Shown: piece after piece, positions 7,093 to 16,500 of the stretch | How positions within the stretch are numbered: position 1 is the first letter of the stretch | How the letters are laid out: each line of letters starts with the position of its first letter | Origin: a virus | Taxonomy: Duplodnaviria > Caudoviricetes | IMG/VR virus record: IMGVR_UViG_3300042922_001470 | Location: 1-32,371 of that record | DNA length: 32,371 nt | Direction: 5' to 3' (one strand) | Notes under the pieces: model-generated | The model's database searches: none | What the model saw: only the letters and a program-made list of their open reading frames with translations | Told to the model about the DNA's origin: nothing | Program-made: the position numbers and the translations under genes

Positions 7093-9300
7093 TCACGCAC
7101 TATGATGATAGCAAGTTATTTGCATAGTATATCCGTTGCTGTCCATTGATGTTGACAAGTCAGTAATTCTGTACAGTTCGCTAATAGTTGTTGAGTTTTC
7201 TATCACTTGAATTATATCTCCCACCTGCAACCAAGGTACTGCTATTGCTGCAAAAGAAACTTCTCTAACTCTTGAACGCATTAGCATTTCAGCCCTGTCA
7301 GCTATAGCTTGCAGCTGTTCGATTGTGCTTGCTTCGCTAACATCGATTTTCATTATTTTTTGTGGCAACACATTATAATAATCTTTAGACACATAATCTT
7401 TGTAAGCACTTATAACCGCATCGTTTGCATCTTTGCCGTATACGATAACGCTTGAATATAAATCATTATCGTCTATTGTATAGCCAAGACTTATAATGTC
7501 CTCGCCCTCGCTAAATGAATACGAAGCAAATACATAGCTCATTAAGGTTTGTCCGTCTGGAATAGTAATACTTGTTATTACACCCGTTTCATAATCAATA
7601 GTATAGTCTGTGTCTTTAATATAAGTTGTTGCTTCGTCAGAAGTTTTTACGGTTTCAGAACCTTCAACTATGTGCGGATATGCTTGAGCTTCTCCATCAG
7701 TAAATGTTAAAATCCAATCTGTCGCTTGTGGAATTGCATCTTTTTTAAAGTAAATTAACCCTTCTTCGTCTGCTCCATATTCAAAGCCTACCAAATCAGC
7801 TAACCATTGAAAACAATCTGCGTATGTTTCCCAACTGAAAGTTTTTTCAGCAAGGATAATGCCTGTTGTTTCAATTGTTCCTGCCGTCAATCCTGCCTTG
7901 CTGCATAAGTCTGTAAATATAGCTTCAACCGTTTGTGCTGTGTATGTGATTACGTGAGCTGTTCCGCTCGTTATTGTTTGATCTAGTGCTATTTTCAATT
8001 TGTCTCTAATGTTCAATTTCAGTTCTTGAGGAAATGTAGTCATTTCTATTCTATCAATCAAACCTTTAAAAGTTTGTACTAAATTAGAACCATAGCCTTG
8101 TTTGATTGTTATTTCACTGTTTGGAAACAAAACATTTTGATGAACAGTGTTATCTGGCGACCACTCACCGTTTTTATTATCTATTGCAAGGTTAAGACTT
8201 CCGGCCATGTTTTTATTGCGGCTGACATTTATCGATTTAACAGGCAATGTTGCAATAATTGAATTAGTGCCTAAAACATAATTATTGCTAATGACTAATA
8301 TATAATTATCAATATTAATCATGTAATCTACTCCACTTGCAATCAAAGGCAAATCTGCTATTTTAGAATAATTCGACATATTGCTGTTCGGCTCCGCCCA
8401 TTCCCAAATTGTGTCTAGACCTTGTGCATAAGCATAAAATCCATTATTCGCATTGCTTATAATCGAACTCCAACCAGTATTGTTCCAATAATCCATTGCT
8501 AAAACAGAGCCCCAAGAAATACTATTGTCTGTGCTTTTAAGTATTGTAATGCTTCCACCGTTATAATAACTGCATACAACAACATAAATATCTGTGGAGC
8601 AAATTACAGGTATTTTACTGCAATTTGTTAAATACCAAGCGCTACTCAACTGTTGTCGCCATGTCCATGTAATGCCTTTATCGTCAGAGGTATAGGCTCC
8701 ATAAACTTGAATTAATGCACCACCATAATCTCCAAACGAGCCACAACATAAAACCCATCTACCACTTTCTAACACGACAGGAATTCCCGTGTAATTATTG
8801 GTGCCACCGTAAGAAGTACTAGGTGTGTGAACATATGATTGAATTGTTGAATATAAAACCCAATCACCACCGTTTCCAGAAGGTGATTTATAAATTAACT
8901 GTTTGGCTGTACCGTTCCCTGTATCGGAAAATGTCATATATAATTCTGTTTCAATATTAAAACAAGTTGCCCAGCCTGTTCCCAACGCTGTTATCCCTGT
9001 GGAAGTCCAGTTATAAGCAGAATCATCACCTGATATTAAATCCTCAACACTATCACATTCAGCTTCATAAACTGTGCCACTTAACATATTGCAAACAATT
9101 AGTTTTCCGTTTGATTTTTTTGCAACAGATAAACTTTCAGCTGTATATGTAGTTGATGGTCTGTGCCATGCGTTAGCTGTGTCCCAGTCGTAAGCACTTG
9201 CAGGCATAATGTCAACTGTAACCTCACAGGACGGCTTGTTTGCTCCAATCATGCTCCTTGACTTTAGAAGTGTAGCCACTTCAGTTGGTATCTCTCTCAT
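7093..9300 (-). CDS. Tail tip/hub (Tal-like) protein with N-terminal Asp-box beta-propeller
   Basis: Asp-boxes KSPSGNGGDW, TSDDKGITW and KSTDNSISW; hub-like C-terminal half (LAIDNKNGEWSP, GYG..VQTFKGLID, PWLQVGDIIQV). Confidence 0.7.
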   Translation of the reverse strand: MREIPTEVATLLKSRSMIGANKPSCEVTVDIMPASAYDWDTANAWHRPSTTYTAESLSVAKKSNGKLIVCNMLSGTVYEAECDSVEDLISGDDSAYNWTSTGITALGTGWATCFNIETELYMTFSDTGNGTAKQLIYKSPSGNGGDWVLYSTIQSYVHTPSTSYGGTNNYTGIPVVLESGRWVLCCGSFGDYGGALIQVYGAYTSDDKGITWTWRQQLSSAWYLTNCSKIPVICSTDIYVVVCSYYNGGSITILKSTDNSISWGSVLAMDYWNNTGWSSIISNANNGFYAYAQGLDTIWEWAEPNSNMSNYSKIADLPLIASGVDYMINIDNYILVISNNYVLGTNSIIATLPVKSINVSRNKNMAGSLNLAIDNKNGEWSPDNTVHQNVLFPNSEITIKQGYGSNLVQTFKGLIDRIEMTTFPQELKLNIRDKLKIALDQTITSGTAHVITYTAQTVEAIFTDLCSKAGLTAGTIETTGIILAEKTFSWETYADCFQWLADLVGFEYGADEEGLIYFKKDAIPQATDWILTFTDGEAQAYPHIVEGSETVKTSDEATTYIKDTDYTIDYETGVITSITIPDGQTLMSYVFASYSFSEGEDIISLGYTIDDNDLYSSVIVYGKDANDAVISAYKDYVSKDYYNVLPQKIMKIDVSEASTIEQLQAIADRAEMLMRSRVREVSFAAIAVPWLQVGDIIQVIENSTTISELYRITDLSTSMDSNGYTMQITCYHHSA

Positions 9301-9301
9301 G

Positions 9302-9646
9302 CTACACCTCCACGAGTGTTATACTGTATTCATAGTATTCGCCATTTTTATCGGCATTGAAGCTTTCAATAGCAGCAGTAAACGAATTATTGTCGATATC
9401 TGTAAAAGTTCTTTCTGCAGCAGCATAGTAATCTGTTTCGAGCAATTTATAATCAGTTTCTAGTGCATAACCTTTGAATGATGCTCTTTTCCTATCTCTG
9501 CCACCTTGCTGTAAAACGGATGCAGCATTTCCACTTGCATCAGGTAATATTTTTATTTCTGTTATTCCATTTGAAGCAGTAGGCGGATTATAACTGCCTT
9601 TTGCAACAAGTAAGTCCATTGTTCCCCATGTATAAAAACCGTACAT
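9302..9646 (-). CDS. Distal tail (Dit-like) protein
   Basis: Position between TMP and hub; ends YEYSITLVEV. Confidence 0.5.
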   Translation of the reverse strand: MYGFYTWGTMDLLVAKGSYNPPTASNGITEIKILPDASGNAASVLQQGGRDRKRASFKGYALETDYKLLETDYYAAAERTFTDIDNNSFTAAIESFNADKNGEYYEYSITLVEV

Positions 9647-9656
9647 AATCCACCTC

Positions 9657-10997
9657 CTATATCGGAATTAATGAAGGCTTGTCAGGTAAACGTCTATTAC
9701 CTTGTCTTACATCATTTACTAACATATTGTAAACTGCAACAAATTGTCCTTCGTTGTTCACACCCTCAACTCTAATTGTGCCTGTGTGATTAACTGTTGT
9801 AGATTGCATATTTTGATTTGCCGGAACCACTCTTTCACCTTTATGTAACTCAGCAACATATCCGTCAAAAGGCACATATGCAAGTCCTGCAGCGTGACTA
9901 CCGTCTAATTCAGCTCTGTTTACTCTTCTATTTGATGGAGGTACTTTCGGTTCTTTGTCCTCAACCGGTTCTTTGTTCCATATCCCCAACCAATCAAGAG
10001 CTGTTTTAATTGCTCCTGTTACAAACTCAAAAGCACCTGCAACGCCCTCAATAACTTTAACAACTGTTTCAAATGCTGCCTTAGTAATATCTGCTATCAG
10101 TGGAAATGTTGGTTTTATAAAATTGTAAAGTGTTTCAAGAATTGGGAATAATGCATCAAACAATTTGCTAACTGCCGTAACGGCAACATTAATTACTCCA
10201 AACGCAACTGACATTGTTGCTTTGATTTCCGGCATGTGTTCAATTATCCAATCAAGCATTTTTTGCAACACAGGAATTAAATGGACGGCTAACTCATTAA
10301 ATAATGCTCCACCCATTTGTTTAACATCACTTAAAGTGTCACCAAACTTAACTCCTGCATCAACCGCTTCTTGGGACATTATCAAACCTAGCTTTTCAGC
10401 TCTTGTAGTTAAGTCATTAATGCCTTTAGAGCCACTATCAAGAATAGGAGCTAAATCACCGTAAGACTTGCCGAATATGTCATTTGCGATTGCATTTCTT
10501 AGGTTTTTATCCTCCATATTGGCTAAAGATTTTAATGTATCTTGGAATACTTCATCTGCATTTCTTAAACTGCCATCTGCGTTATGAATAGACACCTTTA
10601 ATTGGTCATATGCTGCAACCGCTTTTTTGCCACCACCTGCAGCATCGTTTAGAGCCTTCTGGTTTTTAATCATAGCAGCTTCTAGCTTTGTGCTTTCAAT
10701 GCCTGATTGTCCAAACGCATAATTAAGCTTTTGCCATGTTTCTGCGGATGTTCCTGCTCGCCTTGAAGCTTTGTCTATTTCGTCAGCTGTACCTGCTACT
10801 TTGTTAGCTGCTCCCATCATTGCACCGCCGACTGCTACAGCTGCCGCTCCTAATCCTACAGCCCACTTTGCAGCTGTTTTTATTCCGCTGCCTAATTTAC
10901 TTCCTAACCCTTCGGCTTTATTCTCAGTCTTAGAAATACTTTCTTCAGCTTTAGATGAATCTACAAGTATTGTTCCAAATAGCTTGAATATTTCCAT
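9657..10997 (-). CDS. Tape measure protein (short, 446 aa)
   Basis: MEIFKLFGTILVDS start, Ala/Gly-rich amphipathic repeats, C-terminal GSHAAGLAYVPFDGYVAELHKGERV. Confidence 0.9.
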   Translation of the reverse strand: MEIFKLFGTILVDSSKAEESISKTENKAEGLGSKLGSGIKTAAKWAVGLGAAAVAVGGAMMGAANKVAGTADEIDKASRRAGTSAETWQKLNYAFGQSGIESTKLEAAMIKNQKALNDAAGGGKKAVAAYDQLKVSIHNADGSLRNADEVFQDTLKSLANMEDKNLRNAIANDIFGKSYGDLAPILDSGSKGINDLTTRAEKLGLIMSQEAVDAGVKFGDTLSDVKQMGGALFNELAVHLIPVLQKMLDWIIEHMPEIKATMSVAFGVINVAVTAVSKLFDALFPILETLYNFIKPTFPLIADITKAAFETVVKVIEGVAGAFEFVTGAIKTALDWLGIWNKEPVEDKEPKVPPSNRRVNRAELDGSHAAGLAYVPFDGYVAELHKGERVVPANQNMQSTTVNHTGTIRVEGVNNEGQFVAVYNMLVNDVRQGNRRLPDKPSLIPI

Positions 10998-11294
10998 CTA
11001 CTCACCCCTTCCGTTATTAAATAGGGTTATAATATCTTTTACATCCGTTAATATCTCCTCATCGGTTTTAATCACAGGAGGCTTTATTTTAGCTTTAAAC
11101 TCTTCAAAGCTTATATGCTGATAAGGAATCCACCTTTTAAAAAGAAGCTCTTCCTCTCGCTTTTCGTAAGCATAATCGATGAAAGGAAGAGCCTCTTCTA
11201 TGTCTAAGCTATAAGTATAATCTAAAGAGCCATATCTCTTTAGAAGCAGGTCTATTGTTTCTTTGTAATCAAACCTGCCAATAAAGTAAAAAAA
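10998..11294 (-). CDS. Tail assembly chaperone -1 frameshift extension (gpGT-like; not in ORF track)
   Basis: The -1 frame from the T7 slippery run (11294-11288) reads FYFIGRFDYKETIDLLLKRYGSLDY...NNGRGE and ends at a TAG abutting the TMP ATG. Confidence 0.8.
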   Translation of the reverse strand, partial: FFYFIGRFDYKETIDLLLKRYGSLDYTYSLDIEEALPFIDYAYEKREEELLFKRWIPYQHISFEEFKAKIKPPVIKTDEEILTDVKDIITLFNNGRGE

Positions 11295-11596
11295 CGCTTA
11301 AGGTCGTTCTCCTTCCCTAGCGTTTCAAGATTTTCAGCAAGTGTTACAAAATCCATTGTTTCAACTTCTTTCGCTGTGACTTCAAATGGACCGGCGAGTA
11401 CATCGTATATTGCCTGCTCTGATTTCTTCTGCGAAAATATTTCAATCATGCCGAGGATGCCTTCTATTCCAACATCCTCAACATTCACTTCTCCGCTGCT
11501 TGCCTTTTTAAGTATAGGCTTTATCTCTTCTTTCAAGTTTGCTTTTGAGATTGCTCTCATGGCATTAAATACGTCTTGTGTCTGTAATTTTCTCAT
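11252..11596 (-). CDS. Tail assembly chaperone (gpG-like)
   Basis: Lies between the major tail gene and TMP; slippery CGT TTT TTT near its end. Confidence 0.8.
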   Translation of the reverse strand: MRKLQTQDVFNAMRAISKANLKEEIKPILKKASSGEVNVEDVGIEGILGMIEIFSQKKSEQAIYDVLAGPFEVTAKEVETMDFVTLAENLETLGKENDLKRFFTLLAGLITKKQ

Positions 11597-11607
11597 TTAA
11601 TCAACTC

Positions 11608-12453
11608 CTATGCTCCTACTGTAACAGCAACAGTAATGTTATTGCCTTTATCCATCATCAAATAGAAAGTATAAGCTCCATTTGTCAATGTAGTTAAGTA
11701 TTCTTTTTCTAACGTTACTGTACCAGTTCCAAGTGTATATTGAGCTGATGTCAAGTATTGATTTCCGTTTTTAACTCCGCCACATACTGCACCATCAGAT
11801 GAAGTAATAGTTAATACTATATCAGCTGCAGCAGCTTTACTGAATGTATGGTCTGCATCGTCTACAGTGTTAGTGATTGCTTTTGGATAGTATATTTTAA
11901 ACGGCGGTGTGTCAACATCTGTATCAGTATAATGTCCTTTAAAAGTCAATGCTAATACCGCTTCAGATTTATCTGCAACATTTAAAGTCAATCCATTGGT
12001 ATTCAAAGCGTTATATACTTGAATTATGACCGGTTCATTTGTGCCCGAAAGAGTTCCAACCCAAGTGATATTATCTATGTAATCTGTTAATGCTATTGCT
12101 GTGTTAGCAGTAATAATGTCATAATCAGCACTTGTAGATGTATCTACTGCGCTTGATGCTAATGCCGCTTGAATGGTTGCCTTTTTTACTTCTTTTAAGT
12201 TAGCGGCCAAATTTACAACCCACTCGTCAATCATTTCTAAACCTTTTGCTGTTCCCGGTATTCCGTCTATCTCTATCGGTCTAATAGTTGGTATAGCTGA
12301 AAAATTTCCACCGCCTTGTGTTGCACCTAACAATTTTCCTGCTGCAACCGCTGAAGTAAATGTATCTGTGCCGACATAAAAGTTTTTAAAAAATGCTCCT
12401 GCATCCAATAAAAGACTTTTAGGTGTTTCTGCTGTATATCCTGTATATTTCAT
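11608..12453 (-). CDS. Major tail protein with C-terminal X2-like Ig domain
   Basis: LLLDAGAFFKN..LGATQGGGNF tube domain; C-terminal TFSK..DIVLT..YTLGTGTVTLEKEYLTTL. Confidence 0.85.
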   Translation of the reverse strand: MKYTGYTAETPKSLLLDAGAFFKNFYVGTDTFTSAVAAGKLLGATQGGGNFSAIPTIRPIEIDGIPGTAKGLEMIDEWVVNLAANLKEVKKATIQAALASSAVDTSTSADYDIITANTAIALTDYIDNITWVGTLSGTNEPVIIQVYNALNTNGLTLNVADKSEAVLALTFKGHYTDTDVDTPPFKIYYPKAITNTVDDADHTFSKAAAADIVLTITSSDGAVCGGVKNGNQYLTSAQYTLGTGTVTLEKEYLTTLTNGAYTFYLMMDKGNNITVAVTVGA

Positions 12454-12456
12454 GGA

Positions 12457-12831
12457 TTATTCTCCTCTCAATTCATGTAAATGTATTTCAAACAATAATC
12501 TACGTCTTATTATAGACTTATCGTCTTCTTCAACTTTCTGCCTCAATCCTTTATAGACCACAAATTGTATTTCACTATTAATAAAATAATAATTATTTAA
12601 TGTGCTCTGAACTGTGTCTGCCAAGTCTTCAACCACTCTTGTACTTGTACCATAATCAATAATATTAACTTCAAGTTGGTACAATGTTTTACCGTCACTG
12701 TATGATACTTCGCTATTTTCAAATACTAAGCGAGGGTATACGGCAGGATCCTGATTTCCTTCGTAGTAAACATTCGTTGTTAATGTTTTAAATAGCCTTT
12801 GCAATTCAACTCTAAGTGTCCACGTCTTCAT
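12457..12831 (-). CDS. Tail completion/terminator protein
   Basis: Synteny; VYYE...YPRLVF and IIRRRLLFEI. Confidence 0.65.
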   Translation of the reverse strand: MKTWTLRVELQRLFKTLTTNVYYEGNQDPAVYPRLVFENSEVSYSDGKTLYQLEVNIIDYGTSTRVVEDLADTVQSTLNNYYFINSEIQFVVYKGLRQKVEEDDKSIIRRRLLFEIHLHELRGE

Positions 12832-13267
12832 CTCCTACCTCCTCAGCTTCATCAATTAATTGTTGAGCCTTTAATTCGTCTTCTACAGCACTTAAATATT
12901 GAGCTTCAATCTTTTGTATATCGTCAATACTTTCAAACACTGTATCGCGAAGTATGCTCCTCTTAGGCTGATTTTTACCGCCTAGTTCCTGCAGCACTCC
13001 GTACCAGGTATCATGCTTGAACCCTAACTGCAGGTCTGTTTCTTTCTTCCTCACCCAGTACTGCGTTGAGCTATAAATTCTCTTGCTCTTTTTCATGCCT
13101 GGGAGTTCTTTAAGTTTAGTTATCATCTTTTTTCTGATGACTTTTGCAACGTCCTTAAGGGCAGCCCTGGATAACTCTTGAATTGTATAGTTTGCCCGGT
13201 CAACTCCGGATGTAAATGTAACTCCGTTTTTATTAGAGTATTTTGTAACGCTTTTTGGCATTGGCAT
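12812..13267 (-). CDS. HK97 gp10-like neck protein
   Basis: WYGVLQELGGKNQPKRSILR motif; synteny. Confidence 0.7.
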   Translation of the reverse strand: MPMPKSVTKYSNKNGVTFTSGVDRANYTIQELSRAALKDVAKVIRKKMITKLKELPGMKKSKRIYSSTQYWVRKKETDLQLGFKHDTWYGVLQELGGKNQPKRSILRDTVFESIDDIQKIEAQYLSAVEDELKAQQLIDEAEEVGDEDVDT

Positions 13268-13567
13268 TTATACCAACTCCCCACTGCAAATTATTTCTAT
13301 ATTTTCGTTTTTCGATGGGGCCGTATCTACAACTGTGTATTTTATTCCGTTATACTCAATTCTTTTTTCATAATTGTAGTCATTTTTTTTAACTTCAAGC
13401 GAAATACTAGGTTTTAAGCCACTTGACAAAGCTTGATTAAAAGCTTTTGTTCTATATGCTAATTCATTTACATATATTTGCTTTTTAACTTCTGTTTGAA
13501 CAGTATCTCCGCCCTCGTCAACTGTGTTGGTAATTGTAATTAAATTTGCTATATCTCGCCAATACAT
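13268..13567 (-). CDS. Head closure protein
   Basis: FNQALSSGLKP..DYNYEKRIEYNGIKYTV; synteny. Confidence 0.75.
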   Translation of the reverse strand: MYWRDIANLITITNTVDEGGDTVQTEVKKQIYVNELAYRTKAFNQALSSGLKPSISLEVKKNDYNYEKRIEYNGIKYTVVDTAPSKNENIEIICSGELV

Positions 13568-13866
13568 TAAACCACCGCCTCAGATATCTGATAATCAATT
13601 GAAAATGATAAATGTATTTTTAACATTTTGTAACTTTCTTCAAATCTTGTCGCATCTGGATTGTCATAACCAAAATGAGCTTTACTGTATAAATTTATTG
13701 CGCGCTTAATTAGCGGATCGGTTTCATTTGTATCGGTGACTTTTTCGGTATTTATGCCGGATGTTTTTAAATCTAATTTTGCTGCTTCAATTAAATCCAA
13801 AACTTCAAGGTCCATTGCTGTATTTGATATTCTTAATACTTTTTTAACTTCATCTAATAATTCCAT
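13567..13866 (-). CDS. Head-tail connector (gp6-like)
   Basis: LLDEVKKVLRI..DLIEAAKLDL..PLIKRAINLYSKAHFG. Confidence 0.85.
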   Translation of the reverse strand: MELLDEVKKVLRISNTAMDLEVLDLIEAAKLDLKTSGINTEKVTDTNETDPLIKRAINLYSKAHFGYDNPDATRFEESYKMLKIHLSFSIDYQISEAVV

Positions 13867-13880
13867 TTAATCACCGCCTT

Positions 13881-13903
13881 AAAAAAGGGAGAAAACTCTC
13901 CCC
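13881..13903 (-). terminator. Intrinsic terminator after the capsid/decoration genes
   Basis: GGGAGA-GTTT-TCTCCC-T6. Confidence 0.75.
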
Positions 13904-13905
13904 TT

Positions 13906-14502
13906 TTAAACTAATAAATAAACATCAATTTGTGCTGCTGCTAGTGCTGCGGCTGGGTCGATAAAGTTGTCCGCTAATACTGTTGCGCTAAAGCTAGAGC
14001 CTGCCGCAACAGTTGTTGCTACTGAGTTGTTAAGTATTTTTACAACTGTGTCATGTGGTAACATGTAAGGTATACCGAATTTGTCCGAAAAACCTACACT
14101 AATTTCGTCTGCTGGGTCCACTGCAACAGGCAAAACTATTGATGTTACTGTTGCAAATGCCTTTGCACCTATTACTGTAGCCGCTCCGTTTGATGCTATA
14201 GTATCTGTTATCGCCGCTCCATTTGTATCTGTACCATTTACTACGACATTGCCTGCTACAGTTGCAGCATTTCCTGTAATTGATAGAACTCTCGGTGTTG
14301 GCGGTTGTGCTGCCATTGCTGCCGGTAGTATTGTTGCTGGTGCCGCTACAAGTACAGTACTTGCTAGTACATTAGCAACTCCTGCCGCAACTGCATCCGC
14401 TGCCGCTATCGCGTAATGTGCTATAAATCCCTGATCTATATTATTGCCTCTAGCATCTGATTTTAAAATTTGACCCTTTTTAGGGTTGTAAGGTTTTGCC
14501 AT
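13906..14502 (-). CDS. Ala-rich putative capsid decoration protein
   Basis: Directly after the MCP, strong SD, beta-rich Ala/Val/Thr composition. Confidence 0.55.
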   Translation of the reverse strand: MAKPYNPKKGQILKSDARGNNIDQGFIAHYAIAAADAVAAGVANVLASTVLVAAPATILPAAMAAQPPTPRVLSITGNAATVAGNVVVNGTDTNGAAITDTIASNGAATVIGAKAFATVTSIVLPVAVDPADEISVGFSDKFGIPYMLPHDTVVKILNNSVATTVAAGSSFSATVLADNFIDPAAALAAAQIDVYLLV

Positions 14503-14554
14503 CTTAGTCCTCCTTAGACTGGAATAAATAGGGCTAGATTATAGCCCCATTCTA

Positions 14555-15742
14555 TTAAACTACTATTATTTCTCTTCTTATAACAGCTGCTGCATCCATA
14601 ACTTGAGCATCAAGTCTGATTAATCCTCTGATTTCAGGTGCATCATTTCTCCATGCATTTCCGCCGATGTCAGTTGAAGCAACTTCTAAAGGATCTCTTC
14701 TGAACAATGTCGCAAATTGTTTGAAGTCTCCTATGTAAATAGGTGCAAGAGTATCTGCTCCAACCACTCTGTTGGCTAGTTGAGCATTCGACAACATAAC
14801 CACTGGTTTGTTTTTAAACATCATCGGAGTTGCTGTTGTTGGGTCTGGCTGCATTAAACCTCTTCCGTTAACATCTACTAACTCGTCAAGCATTGCATAA
14901 CCGGACTGATTTGTTATTACAACAGAGTTCAAAGCTATACTAGGATCTAATGCTGTTGTAAAGGCTGTTTTTAAATCTTCAAATTCAGTTCCTGCTGTAA
15001 GAGTTGTTGGTACTGTGTTAGCTACTAACAAAGCTATAAGCAAGTTGTTTTCTGTGATAACACCTTTTTTAGCAAACCATCCAGCTAAGTAATTCATCAA
15101 GCCGGCTGTGTTATCTTCCATTAATTCTCTTGAAACAGGAACGATTAAACCATACTTAACAAGGCTGTAAGTAACCTGTGTAAATAATGGTTGGTCACCT
15201 GCTGCGTTAATAGCAGTATTTTCACCAACTACACCAAAACCTAATGTCGGAGCTGTGTCAACCGCTCTCCATCCAGTAGCTGTGCTTACTACTTCAACAT
15301 TGAAATAAGATGCTAAAGAGACAAGACTTCTTCTCTGCTCATTAATCTTGTTGTTAAATTCAGTTGGTACCAAGAACCCACCGTCTTGTCCTCCAGGAGG
15401 AACGCCGATTTCAGTTAAAGCATTGTAAAGCGGCTTTAATTCTGCAACATTCTTTCCAGTCTTAAAAGTATAGCCATTTGTGATTGCGTGGAAAAACGCG
15501 TTCACGTATTCTTCGTCATTTCTGTCAGTTGTCATTACTGTTGCGGTCAAGGTAAGATTTTTGATTTCATCAAACATTGCTTTTTCAGCTTCTAAATTTT
15601 GAATCGCTGAAATTTGTCCATTAAGATTCTTGATTTCTGCTAATTTTGTGTTGTAAAGTTCAAGATTTTCGCCTGCTAATGCTGTTTCTGCTTCTGCGAG
15701 CAATGCTGCTCTTTGATTCTTTAATTCGTATATTTTTTTCAT
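14555..15742 (-). CDS. HK97-fold major capsid protein
   Basis: Coiled-coil delta domain, DGGFLVP, VSRELMED and YIGDF. Confidence 0.95.
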   Translation of the reverse strand: MKKIYELKNQRAALLAEAETALAGENLELYNTKLAEIKNLNGQISAIQNLEAEKAMFDEIKNLTLTATVMTTDRNDEEYVNAFFHAITNGYTFKTGKNVAELKPLYNALTEIGVPPGGQDGGFLVPTEFNNKINEQRRSLVSLASYFNVEVVSTATGWRAVDTAPTLGFGVVGENTAINAAGDQPLFTQVTYSLVKYGLIVPVSRELMEDNTAGLMNYLAGWFAKKGVITENNLLIALLVANTVPTTLTAGTEFEDLKTAFTTALDPSIALNSVVITNQSGYAMLDELVDVNGRGLMQPDPTTATPMMFKNKPVVMLSNAQLANRVVGADTLAPIYIGDFKQFATLFRRDPLEVASTDIGGNAWRNDAPEIRGLIRLDAQVMDAAAVIRREIIVV

Positions 15743-15756
15743 ATAGTTCTCCTTTT

Positions 15757-16500
15757 CTATATAAATCTATTTTTTTCCAACTCTAGCTGGTTTTGTAACA
15801 ATAAAAAATCAACCTTGTCATTTTTAGGTTGATTGTCGAGAAATTCTTTTAATTTAAATGCTATTTCTTCTCTGTCTATGCTGTTATAGACGAGTTTTGC
15901 GCCTGCTATAATGCCATTTATGACGGGTTCGTCTGTTTCTTCATCAAACAGTTTACCGTCTGCGAAACCTAATTCTATAGCTTTGTCGGCACTCATCCAT
16001 GTTTCTTGATCCATTAAGTTGGATATTTCTTTTTTACTAAGCTTTGTTTTCTTTGTGTAGGCGTTTAATATGCTTTCCTTAACTTCACTTAGTAAATCAA
16101 TGGCCTTTTGCATATCTTTTGCTTCACCCTCTGCAAATGTCCAAGGATTATGAATCATCAATATACTTGTCGGCGACATTAACACTTCATCCCCTGCCAT
16201 GGCTATTACAGATGCGGCCGAGATTGCTGTTCCGTCAATTTTCACTGTAATTTTTCCACTGTAATTTTTAAGAGCTGTATAAATTACACTTGCTGCGAAC
16301 ACTTCTCCGCCGTTGGAATTAATCCAAACAGTTATATCGCCTTTCATGGACTTGATCGCATTTTCCAAAGCTGTTGCTGAACGGTCAGGTTTGTCAAATA
16401 GCCAATCCCAAAAACCTTGTTCCATTGTAATAGGACCGTCTATTCTTAATTCATTCTGTCCTGTTTCTTCATTCTTGACTAGATTCCAAAATTGCCTCAT
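15757..16500 (-). CDS. ClpP-like prohead protease
   Basis: INSNGGEV, AISAASVIAMAGD, MIHNP and ETWMSADKAIELGFAD. Confidence 0.93.
   Translation of the reverse strand: MRQFWNLVKNEETGQNELRIDGPITMEQGFWDWLFDKPDRSATALENAIKSMKGDITVWINSNGGEVFAASVIYTALKNYSGKITVKIDGTAISAASVIAMAGDEVLMSPTSILMIHNPWTFAEGEAKDMQKAIDLLSEVKESILNAYTKKTKLSKKEISNLMDQETWMSADKAIELGFADGKLFDEETDEPVINGIIAGAKLVYNSIDREEIAFKLKEFLDNQPKNDKVDFLLLQNQLELEKNRFI

Noticed and set aside
10165-14416. Plus-strand ORFs antisense to TMP, tail and decoration genes (and similar ones elsewhere)
   Set aside because: Antisense shadows of Ala/Thr-rich genes with no SD or motifs.
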